64,000 bases of DNA from Candidatus Cloacimonadota bacterium (GTDB lineage: Bacteria > Cloacimonadota > Cloacimonadia > Cloacimonadales > WRIO01): the NCBI GenBank assembly GCA_029564175.1, contig JAKQQL010000474.1:34441-98440 (forward strand), written 5' to 3'. Shown piece by piece: positions 11,530-20,154 of this stretch (the first letter of the stretch is position 1; each line of letters begins with the position of its first letter). Both the position numbers and the translations under genes were made by a program. The notes beneath the pieces are model-generated. The model saw nothing but the letters and a program-made list of their open reading frames with translations, was not told where the DNA came from and searched no databases.

Positions 11530-11545
11530 CATAGGGAGTGCTATT

Positions 11546-13321
11546 ATGGCTGAAATTGTAAAAGTTTCAAATACAATGGAAGAATTACGACTTCTATTAA
11601 ATAAATTCTTTGGTAATTATTTTAATGATTCGACATTCCCATTAGACGACGGGATTATGACAATTACTTATAATCCAACATCCAAATTAGCTGAATTGAA
11701 AATCAATATTAATGGAACTCCTGTTTCTTTAATTCAAAAAAATGTTGAAAATAATACAATTGAATTTCCATTTCCAATCAAGGCTGAAGAATTGGAAGTT
11801 GATAGATTAGTTGTTAAAGAACAGATCAATCAAAAAGAAGTTGAATTTTTAAAAATACAAGATAAAGAAATTATTCTAAACGATGGATTAACAGGAAATA
11901 ATGATTTGAGTGCCATTGGTAATGCTATGATTTCTGTTAATCGTGGTTCATTACCAAAAGTAAGTATGAAATGGAATGAAATTACAAACACTTTTGAATT
12001 TACCAATGATGGTGTTAATTTCAGTCCTTTCTTAACAAAAAATGCTAATGGATATGATTTTACAAAATCCAATGGTATTGTTCTCAAGATTGACACTGGA
12101 TTGAAAATTGAGAATACGTCTTTTCAATTGGTTTTCAAAAGTGGTCAATGGTATATCACTGATAATGTTAATGGTGAATTTCCGTTAGTCCCTTCTGCAT
12201 CACAAAAGTTTGCTACACAACAAGAAGTAAATACAGGTGTTGTAAATGATAAATCTGTTGCACCAAACACACTAAAAGTTTATGTTCAAAATCAAATTCA
12301 AACTGCTGTAGATAATCTACCTGATCCTCCTACAGTTCCAACATTTGCTGATAATGCAGAATCTTTGGCGGGAACAGTAGATAATAAAATTATTTCTCCA
12401 AAGACATTGAAACATGTTCTTGACAATACGGTTGTATCTGGTGGTGGCGGAAGTTCATATATTACTCTTCTTCATACTTCTAATACGTTGGAAACATTGT
12501 CTAATGAATATAATATCATGGCTGTTGGCTATTTCATTTCTCAAAAGTCTAGACATTCACAGACATTAAAATTGTATCTTGAAAGATTTAATACATTCAA
12601 ACGTTCGAATCGTTTACATTCCGATGGAGCCGTTACTTCATCAACTCCAGTGCCACAATCTGATATTAAAATTACTGTTGAAGATTCTGATGGCCATATT
12701 ATTACAGTGGAAGAAAACAATATTGACATAATGAGTGGTTCAGATTTAATCTATAAGATTTATGAATTGAATTGTAATACTTTGAATGATAAAGATTTGT
12801 GGACTATTAAAATTTATGGCAAAACTAATAATTCACTTTCTGAAACAATCTATCTAAATATTGCTAGATGTAAATTGTATTCAGTTCCTTCTTATGACTG
12901 TTCTGTCAATGGTATGATAACCGTATCTCCTAAAATTGATTTCAATAATGTTGGTTCATATCAATTAGTAGATACAAAATATGTTTTAGCACATCAATTT
13001 TTTGGTGATGCAAATGCTGCTCTTGAATTTGTCTGTAAATTGAATTATTATATCAGTCATGTTCTTTCTAACGATACACAATTTGATCCTATTGTGAAAG
13101 TTCTTGTTAAAGCTGAACATCCAGCTACAAAAGAAATAATTATAGAATCAATTGAAATGAATGTGAAAAATAATAAATCAGGCAAAATTTCTATTGGTAG
13201 AATACCATATCCTGATGCTCCTGCTTCATATTTAACAGTTGAAATATATGTTAAAAATAATATTTTGCCATTACAAGGGTATGTCGAATTGGAGCATTAT
13301 GAATTAAGGATGTTGAGTTAA
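11546..13321 (+). CDS. tail fiber-like protein
   Basis: DKEIILN/NRGSLP..WNE motif and two FAT.QEV..G..DK.V.P.TLK-type fiber repeats. Confidence 0.65.
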   Translation: MAEIVKVSNTMEELRLLLNKFFGNYFNDSTFPLDDGIMTITYNPTSKLAELKININGTPVSLIQKNVENNTIEFPFPIKAEELEVDRLVVKEQINQKEVEFLKIQDKEIILNDGLTGNNDLSAIGNAMISVNRGSLPKVSMKWNEITNTFEFTNDGVNFSPFLTKNANGYDFTKSNGIVLKIDTGLKIENTSFQLVFKSGQWYITDNVNGEFPLVPSASQKFATQQEVNTGVVNDKSVAPNTLKVYVQNQIQTAVDNLPDPPTVPTFADNAESLAGTVDNKIISPKTLKHVLDNTVVSGGGGSSYITLLHTSNTLETLSNEYNIMAVGYFISQKSRHSQTLKLYLERFNTFKRSNRLHSDGAVTSSTPVPQSDIKITVEDSDGHIITVEENNIDIMSGSDLIYKIYELNCNTLNDKDLWTIKIYGKTNNSLSETIYLNIARCKLYSVPSYDCSVNGMITVSPKIDFNNVGSYQLVDTKYVLAHQFFGDANAALEFVCKLNYYISHVLSNDTQFDPIVKVLVKAEHPATKEIIIESIEMNVKNNKSGKISIGRIPYPDAPASYLTVEIYVKNNILPLQGYVELEHYELRMLS

Positions 13322-14398
13322 ATGAGTAATAGTAATGGATTCTTAGAATTAACAGATTTTAATTATTATAATATGATGAGACTGGGGCAGGCGAACTCCA
13401 TCTGCAACAGGCGGGTGCATGCGCCGGCGCAGGTGTTCGGCGTTATGGACACAGGGACGCGCAGCGTCAACGGAGCCGGTTTGGAGTGGATCGACGAAAA
13501 CGGAAACATCATCACGCTGACCAAGGCGGACTTCGACGCACACCCCGCATTCAACTTCCCAGAGGTAATTGTGGGCGGAAACAGTTTCCGAAGCATTCCC
13601 ATCGCCTACTGGAAGCGCGGCATAGGGCCGATCGGAAGCCACGCGGCTGGCAAATGGTGTATGTGGATCTCCGACGTTCCCCTCGACGGCTTCACCGCGA
13701 ATCCGGGGGCGTTTAAGAGAAATGGGTCATGGCTCGATCGGTTCTTGTTGGGAACCTACAGGGCATTCAATAACGGCGGCGCGCCCGGTAGTCAGCCGGG
13801 AAAAACGCATTGGGGCAACGTGAGTTGGCAGGCGTTTAAAGACGCGGCCGCTGGGATCGGCGAAGGTCATCACATGATCAGTCTCCAGGAATGGCACGAG
13901 ATCCTCGGCAGAGCCGTAATTGAGCAAAAAACCTTCCAGCTCGTACCGGAGGCAAGCCGCCAGAACGCTTCGCTGTGCAAGTATAGAGGCATAGAAGAAT
14001 TTGCGTTTGACGGCTCGTACGGCTCGACGCACGCCGAATGGATGGACGGTGCGCGAACAGACGCAAGTGGGAAGTACGAGCTTTGGACTGAAGCAGGCGG
14101 GGATTACTCCTCGACCGGAGTGACGTGCCCGCAGGACAGCGCGAGCGAAGCGACCTACTACAATCAAGGGCTTGTCACCGGCGGACTTTTCGATCATCTT
14201 TTCCTTGGGGCCTCCCTCGGTCCGGCATCTACGAGCTTTATCCCGGACTTCTCTGGGCGGAATCCGGGGCTCGTCGGCCGCATTTGCCGCTCGCACTTCT
14301 ACGTCGGTCACGCGAGCAACGGTGCTTTCCACTCGTACTTCAGCGACTTGCCGTCGCTCGTCGACGCGAAGATCGGGTCCCGCCTCGCGAAGTGGTAA
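13322..14398 (+). CDS. receptor-binding protein with C-type-lectin (Mtd/FGE-sulfatase-like) fold, DGR-target-like; GC-rich body
   Basis: ANPGAFKRNG..LDRFLLGTY, EWHEI, EWMDG and C-terminal IGSRLAKW, as in Mtd-like DGR targets; high GC from about 13381. Confidence 0.65.
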   Translation: MSNSNGFLELTDFNYYNMMRLGQANSICNRRVHAPAQVFGVMDTGTRSVNGAGLEWIDENGNIITLTKADFDAHPAFNFPEVIVGGNSFRSIPIAYWKRGIGPIGSHAAGKWCMWISDVPLDGFTANPGAFKRNGSWLDRFLLGTYRAFNNGGAPGSQPGKTHWGNVSWQAFKDAAAGIGEGHHMISLQEWHEILGRAVIEQKTFQLVPEASRQNASLCKYRGIEEFAFDGSYGSTHAEWMDGARTDASGKYELWTEAGGDYSSTGVTCPQDSASEATYYNQGLVTGGLFDHLFLGASLGPASTSFIPDFSGRNPGLVGRICRSHFYVGHASNGAFHSYFSDLPSLVDAKIGSRLAKW

Positions 14399-14600
14399 TT
14401 CGGCCTTGGGATCTCGACTTTCTTTCCACCATTCTGCCGCTCGTCGTACATGAGATTGGACATTGGCTCGTGGCCCGGACACAGGCTGTGCTTCCATTTC
14501 GGTTGGGGCGCCTGCTCGGCGTGAGGCCTGCCACGTGTCCTGTGGACGATGCCGCCATGACCGTCACAGACGTGGAAGCGATGCATACAGCGGGGCACAA
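13381..14600. mobile_element. horizontally acquired GC-rich island
   Basis: 38/60 G+C in line 14341-14400 versus 12/60 in line 13321-13380; abrupt edges. Confidence 0.8.
14392..14600 (+). pseudogene. frameshifted small membrane HExxH protein (peptidase M50-like)
   Basis: LSTILPLVVHEIGHWLVAR, then plausible continuation split over three frames (FHFGWG / GRLLGV / LPRVLWTMPP). Confidence 0.5.
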
Positions 14601-14899
14601 TCATATAAGTAATATAAAAATTTATAATTTTAACGAACGGGAAAACTACCACATTTTGGCACGTGAGTACATCTCCAGTGGCGGCCACAGTCTGGCTATC
14701 TGTTTATCGGGCTACGACATTCGCCACAAACAAGGTTCGATTACAAACAAGAAATGCATACCCCGAGTGGCGGTTTATAAATGCAGAATTGTCAGTGAGT
14801 GTAAATACGACAAATGGCATAGATGGTGATTGGATTACTATAAAAACAGGTATATCCATGAATGCGACGGCTGGTGGATGGATTGATATAGACATTTGA
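14600..14899 (+). pseudogene. orphan C-terminal discoidin-like fragment of a tail protein
   Basis: NTTNGIDGDW matches NDTTNGTDGTW and NNTTTGYDGDW in 15645..19085; no good start. Confidence 0.5.
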
Positions 14900-14991
14900 T
14901 TAAATTTAGAAATAGACCCTTAAACATTGTTATCGTAAAATCTTAAAAATGAGAATTTTTAAACTGTATAATCAAAGGAGGTTGATTAAAA

Positions 14992-15504
14992 ATGTCAATT
15001 CGTGATGGTTTTATTTCATCTTCTGTGATGGAGGTGTTGTTGCGGCAACCGAAGGTGGATGTTTCGAAGGTGGAAGTTTCATCTGTTTTTCCCCCTGTTA
15101 TTGATTTTCAATTTTACTGCACTGGTGCATCCAGAACTTCTAATTATTGTGTAGAGTGTAGTCATGATGGTATCAACTGGACAAACATCAGCGGAGACAA
15201 AACGAGTCTTGTTCCTCTGACGTGGGCCTGGGCGGGGACTGGTGGCTTCCCCGCGACTTCGGCTCGTTTTTGGAGGTTAAGGGTTAAAGGATCACCCGTT
15301 TTAGGCGGGACTTGGAAAACAGAACTACGATTGCTATTGGAAGATGGGAATGGCTATACGCCAACCTTGGCACAATTATCAGAAGTAGGGATTACATATA
15401 ACACTGGGTTCAATAAATCACATCTAGTGAATGGAAACTTGGACGAAAATGTGTTTTATACTGGAACAACCAATATGACTATCACCATTGATTTAGAAGC
15501 ATAA
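14992..15504 (+). CDS. discoidin/F5-8-like tail-associated protein
   Basis: YCVECSHDGINW...RFWRLRV parallels WCVEYSDDNLNW...KYWRFRV in the next large gene; AAGGAGG RBS. Confidence 0.6.
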   Translation: MSIRDGFISSSVMEVLLRQPKVDVSKVEVSSVFPPVIDFQFYCTGASRTSNYCVECSHDGINWTNISGDKTSLVPLTWAWAGTGGFPATSARFWRLRVKGSPVLGGTWKTELRLLLEDGNGYTPTLAQLSEVGITYNTGFNKSHLVNGNLDENVFYTGTTNMTITIDLEA

Positions 15505-15519
15505 AGGGAGCGTGAAAAC

Positions 15520-15585
15520 ATGGCACGAGTTTCAAACGTTTCAACCACGGTTATCAGCGCCATCAAAAACTATTCATTCATCTGA
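15520..15585 (+). pseudogene. truncated copy resembling the start of 19108..19548
   Basis: GGGAG RBS; MARVSNVSTTVISA versus MSRISISNINMIAP; stops after 21 codons. Confidence 0.35.
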
Positions 15586-15621
15586 TATAGGCATCAAATA
15601 TTGGTGCCTATATCAATTTTT
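15583..15621 (+). terminator. probable intrinsic terminator
   Basis: TGATATAGGCATCAA-ATA-TTGGTGCCTATATCA followed by T run. Confidence 0.65.
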
Positions 15622-15644
15622 AACAAAATGAAAGAAGTGATAAA

Positions 15645-18600
15645 ATGAATTTAAATGGATTAAAATTCTATGATCATTCACCAGATAAATTGAATTCATT
15701 TTTACGTGAAAATTATTTACATGGGAAAAATATTGAACATGATATTCCCATTGTAGAAGATGATCCCTATAAGATAACGAGCGATACAGTTTTTCTTTTG
15801 AAGTTGAATAACACAAGAACAGATGAATGTGGAAATATTTGGACATTTTCTGTTCCACAAACATTTGCCGCAACCCCGTTGCCACCTATTAGTGGGATTA
15901 CTCATGTATTAAATTATTCAACATTCAATAGTAGCTATGTTGAATGTACAAGTTTAGCAGGAAATGCTATTGGAACAGGTGATTTCACTGTTGATTTTTG
16001 GGCATATACTTCTGGCCAAACTCCGGATTTTTACCCTTTTACCTGTATTGGTCATTATAGTGGACCAAATCATAGTGGATCATTAGTAAATAGATTTGGT
16101 TCAGTATTTTATTCTAATGGATATGGTCTTTGGTGTGAACGTACAAAAGCAAAAAATCTTAATCATTGGAGGATGTTGTCAGGATGGCATCATTATGCTA
16201 TTGTCAGAAGATCAGGAGTCGGATATCTCTATAGAGATGGAATTGAACTAGAACAAATTGCTGATTATACTTTTTCGGCTTTATCTGGATTTTCGTTCGG
16301 AGCTTATTCAACCGATGTTCTTGAACCTGTTTTATTAAGTCATTATCGTCTTTCTAGAACAGCATTATGGAATGCCAATTTTGTTCCTCCTGGCGTTAAG
16401 GTTCAAGGAAAAGAATATGCTCCTACTAAATTCGGAATGTCATATAGTGGCAGTTCAACTGCAAATGAAGTTTGGTGTGTTGAATATTCGGATGATAATC
16501 TAAATTGGTCTTTAGCTGCAGGAAGATTTAAACCAAATCAAGCTGGTTGGAATTACATAACATGTCCTAATTATGGGAATAAGAAATACTGGAGATTTAG
16601 AGTGGAAACACAATCGAATGGTGAATATCTGAATGAGGTTTCAATTGGAAACGGACAGAAAAAACAACATGTGAATAAAAGAGGGCCATGGAAAGCTTTT
16701 AAGATTGTTGGTATGTCTCAATATCATACCACCAACAACTGTTATTATATTCAAAACGGAGAAACGCAATGGATAGAAACCGCTGGTGGAACTACTCAAT
16801 GCACAGGTGGAACTCCTTTTGCTTCTAGTAATGATAAATATGATCCAATTGCAAAAGCATTTGACTCATACATATCAACGTATTGGTTAACACAAGCCTC
16901 AGCTTCACCATCAGAAATTACGGCAGGATATATTCTCTCAACACCAAAGAAACTTTATTCGATCAAGCTATACCCGAGGGGTAACTGCTCTTGTATGAAT
17001 TGGAAAAATTTTAGTATTTATGGAAGTAATGATACAACAAACGGAACTGATGGGACGTGGTATTTATTATTAGATAATCAAACAACTTCATCGACAGTCG
17101 ATGAATGGTCGGAACACATTATTCCTGATGTTATTATTCCTGATGTTATTGGCTTTACCTATTCTCTTTCAACAGACTGGATAACATCAAATATTTCTGG
17201 AACTCTAGCAAATCTAATAGATGGAACAACTGGAACAACACAGGCGGTTTGTCAAAATCAGCCCGTTAATACCCACATAACATTTGATTTTTCTCAACAA
17301 ATTTTTCCAACTGAAGCAACAATTACAGAATGGAGTAAACTGAAACACACGAACAAACTCAAATACTGGTGGCCATTGAATGATAAACCAGACGAGGTTA
17401 TGCAATATCTAAGGTGTCTGGTTCATGGGACTGTTCCATTTGATCAAGATTATGGTGCTCAATTTTCAAATGAAACCTGTATCACTACTGATATTTTAAC
17501 GATGCCAACAAAACTAACACTTCTCTGGTGGATGAGACCAGATTCAACAATGTTCAATTCTGGCAATATTACCGATCCTATTGGTGCACCATCTGGAAGT
17601 GCTACAACTGGTTATCATTGGGGCCCAAGGTATGAAGCAGCAGGAAATCTTGTTCAATTCAATGGTGGCACTTCATGGCCTACAAATTCATCCGAATTTA
17701 ACACAACAAACTATCCTACAACTAGACTAACACTTTGTGCCTTGGTCTTGAATAGAAACGGGTCATCTTCGACAGTTTCATACTATCGAGCTAATTCAAC
17801 AAATACTGCTATGGTTCAAGTAGGATCAACTACTACTTACACTGATGCTACTCCTAGAACTCTCTTTTCTATTGGGATGTCAGAAAGACTAGCTGTAAAT
17901 CTTGTAGATCAAGTTAAACATTTCAATGGATATATTAGAGATGTCAGAATTTATGAAAGAATTCTTTCCTTGGCCGACATTGAACTGATACGAGCTGCTG
18001 GCCCAGTAAATGATTTCATTTCAGAAACAGAAGAACCATTAGATTCATATAAGTGTATTAAATTTCTTGGGACGTATAATACAACTAATGATGGTTGTGG
18101 AATGAATGAAATTGAAATTCTTCCTGTAGTTGGTGGTACTGATCAGTGTGAAGGTGGAACTATTTTAAGTAGTGGAGATTTACCAAATTATAGTAAAGAA
18201 TTCACATTTGATGATTTGATAGGATCGCCAACACAAGTTTGGTATGGCCCGAATAGTGGAACTTCTGCCTGGATTGCATATAAAAAAGATGCCGGTATTA
18301 TTCCAAAAGTTATAAGATTTTATGGTGAAAACTGGGGCGACCCAACAAGATACCAATTCAAGAATATGCAAATCCTTGGAAGTAATAACACGACGACTGG
18401 TTATGATGGAGATTGGGAAATACTTGGGAATACTGGTAAAGTATATCATCAAGAATGGAAGAATTACACTATTATTAAAAGAAAAACATTAGCATTTTCT
18501 TTTGATTCCTTTTTAATTCACAAATGGTTATTGACAAACAATGGTAATGATGCTATTGGTAATTGGAATTTTCCTAGGAATTTTGTTAATAATGGAGCAG

Positions 18601-19085
18601 TCTCTTTTGGTAGTGATGGTGCTGTATTTAGTGGATCAAATTATTTAAATCTAGCTTCTATTACATTGCCAACAGCTTTTACAATTTGTGGATGGGTTAA
18701 AATTAATACATCTGCCACTTACAATAATATATTCGGATTAGTTGATTCTCGAGAAATGACTTATGCATTTGAAAATGGCGTTGCAAGACACCAATGTTGT
18801 GGCATTGAAGTTAATACGACAGGCACAATAACTCTTTCAAATTGGACATTTATAGCTATGGGAACTAATGGAACAAATTTAACATTTAAATTTTTCAATG
18901 GTTCATATTGGTCTTCAACTTCTGTTGGTGCAATAAGAACATATTCAAATTGGCAAGTTGGTCGAGGTTTTTGGGTTGCTAATGATTATTTAAGAGGAAA
19001 TGTAAAAGACCTTCGAATATATTCATCTTGTCTTACATCAGACAACTTAATACAGATACTATTAGCTGGCCCAAGTTTAAATTAA
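15645..19085 (+). CDS. multidomain receptor-binding/tail protein (several LamG-like and discoidin-like modules)
   Basis: GTGDFTVDFW..WHHYAIVR, FNGYIRDVRIYERIL and LRGNVKDLRIYS LamG ends; two GGT.QC.GGT discoidin-like repeats. Confidence 0.7.
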   Translation: MNLNGLKFYDHSPDKLNSFLRENYLHGKNIEHDIPIVEDDPYKITSDTVFLLKLNNTRTDECGNIWTFSVPQTFAATPLPPISGITHVLNYSTFNSSYVECTSLAGNAIGTGDFTVDFWAYTSGQTPDFYPFTCIGHYSGPNHSGSLVNRFGSVFYSNGYGLWCERTKAKNLNHWRMLSGWHHYAIVRRSGVGYLYRDGIELEQIADYTFSALSGFSFGAYSTDVLEPVLLSHYRLSRTALWNANFVPPGVKVQGKEYAPTKFGMSYSGSSTANEVWCVEYSDDNLNWSLAAGRFKPNQAGWNYITCPNYGNKKYWRFRVETQSNGEYLNEVSIGNGQKKQHVNKRGPWKAFKIVGMSQYHTTNNCYYIQNGETQWIETAGGTTQCTGGTPFASSNDKYDPIAKAFDSYISTYWLTQASASPSEITAGYILSTPKKLYSIKLYPRGNCSCMNWKNFSIYGSNDTTNGTDGTWYLLLDNQTTSSTVDEWSEHIIPDVIIPDVIGFTYSLSTDWITSNISGTLANLIDGTTGTTQAVCQNQPVNTHITFDFSQQIFPTEATITEWSKLKHTNKLKYWWPLNDKPDEVMQYLRCLVHGTVPFDQDYGAQFSNETCITTDILTMPTKLTLLWWMRPDSTMFNSGNITDPIGAPSGSATTGYHWGPRYEAAGNLVQFNGGTSWPTNSSEFNTTNYPTTRLTLCALVLNRNGSSSTVSYYRANSTNTAMVQVGSTTTYTDATPRTLFSIGMSERLAVNLVDQVKHFNGYIRDVRIYERILSLADIELIRAAGPVNDFISETEEPLDSYKCIKFLGTYNTTNDGCGMNEIEILPVVGGTDQCEGGTILSSGDLPNYSKEFTFDDLIGSPTQVWYGPNSGTSAWIAYKKDAGIIPKVIRFYGENWGDPTRYQFKNMQILGSNNTTTGYDGDWEILGNTGKVYHQEWKNYTIIKRKTLAFSFDSFLIHKWLLTNNGNDAIGNWNFPRNFVNNGAVSFGSDGAVFSGSNYLNLASITLPTAFTICGWVKINTSATYNNIFGLVDSREMTYAFENGVARHQCCGIEVNTTGTITLSNWTFIAMGTNGTNLTFKFFNGSYWSSTSVGAIRTYSNWQVGRGFWVANDYLRGNVKDLRIYSSCLTSDNLIQILLAGPSLN
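17118..17150 (+). repeat. 15-bp tandem duplication (ATTATTCCTGATGTT x2) at a domain junction
   Basis: read directly; encodes IIPDVIIPDVI. Confidence 0.85.
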
Positions 19086-19107
19086 TTATTAAGGTGGTAT
19101 AATAAAA

Positions 19108-19548
19108 ATGTCAAGAATTTCAATTTCAAATATAAATATGATTGCTCCTGCAGGATCAACGGTAAACAAATCTATTGCAACAAACAATAGTTCTGCTTTA
19201 CAGTATATTGCTTCTAGTGATGGCCCCTCTTTGGATATTTCTGATGTTGTGAGTGGGTGTTTAAATATTGGATTTCAATTTAGTGTCGCTCCTACTGCTG
19301 ATTCAAAATTAACATTTTATGCTTTATATTCTAATGATGATGTCCATTATGACAATAGTGCAAATGTTGCCAATTTGGTGAAACTTGGAGAAATTGTTTT
19401 GGCTGCAAATACAAATCAAATTTATACAGTAATTCCTTTGGATGGTAAACTTTTTAATAAGAATATGAGATTGGTATTTACGTGTAATGCTACTGCTGGC
19501 ACGGGCGTTATTAATAGGTTAATTGCAACTCTTAAAAAATTGATTTAA
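19108..19548 (+). CDS. hypothetical beta-rich virion protein
   Basis: ORF with AAGGTGG RBS in the tail operon. Confidence 0.6.
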   Translation: MSRISISNINMIAPAGSTVNKSIATNNSSALQYIASSDGPSLDISDVVSGCLNIGFQFSVAPTADSKLTFYALYSNDDVHYDNSANVANLVKLGEIVLAANTNQIYTVIPLDGKLFNKNMRLVFTCNATAGTGVINRLIATLKKLI

Positions 19549-19560
19549 GGATATGGTATC

Positions 19561-20073
19561 ATGTCCAATGAAATTGCTTTCAGAACAGAAGTATTCTTTA
19601 ATAGAGGATACAGTAATAAAATAGAATTTACAAAAGAAGAATTTGAACAATTATCTCAACAATATCCTGATGCTTTTAAACCAATTGAATTACCACCAGA
19701 ACAACCATCTATTGAAGTTTTAATAAATAGAAAAATGGAAGAGATTATGAGTGGTTTTCAAAATGAAATAGAAAATGTTGGTGTTATGACTTCACTTGGT
19801 ATTAGAATGAAATTTAGAGAGGTTGACATATCAGCCGTTGATGGAATGGTAAGATATTCACAAAAGATTGGAATGGATAAATGTTTAATGATTGTAGATG
19901 CAGATGGAAAAGAATATCACAATCATTTTACATTACAAGAAGGGGAATTATTAAATATTGAAATGTTTACAGCTCAATTAAAGGCTTATCAAAAGTTGAA
20001 GGAAATTAAAAGTTTAATTGGTCAAATTCAACAAACTGGTGATATAAAAGAACTTAATAAAATAAAGTGGTAA
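19561..20073 (+). CDS. tail fiber assembly chaperone-like protein (DUF4376-like)
   Basis: follows fiber genes; ends ELNKIKW; DADGKE..HFTLQE motif. Confidence 0.55.
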   Translation: MSNEIAFRTEVFFNRGYSNKIEFTKEEFEQLSQQYPDAFKPIELPPEQPSIEVLINRKMEEIMSGFQNEIENVGVMTSLGIRMKFREVDISAVDGMVRYSQKIGMDKCLMIVDADGKEYHNHFTLQEGELLNIEMFTAQLKAYQKLKEIKSLIGQIQQTGDIKELNKIKW

Positions 20074-20076
20074 TAG

Positions 20077-20108
20077 AAGACGGCTCAATGAGCCGTCTTT
20101 TTATTTTA
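20077..20108 (+). terminator. intrinsic terminator ending the tail operon
   Basis: AAGACGGCTC-AAT-GAGCCGTCTT plus T run. Confidence 0.85.
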
Positions 20109-20154
20109 TAACTTAATAATAGAGATTCCGACATGAAAAGAGGAGAAATAATGA

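Noticed and set aside
13349..14829. Many overlapping alternative-frame and antisense ORFs in the GC-rich island
   Set aside because: Expected from stop-codon scarcity at high GC; only the 358-aa frame and the HExxH fragment look like proteins
13322..20073. Complete diversity-generating retroelement
   Set aside because: No reverse transcriptase, Avd or second copy of the variable region seen in this window
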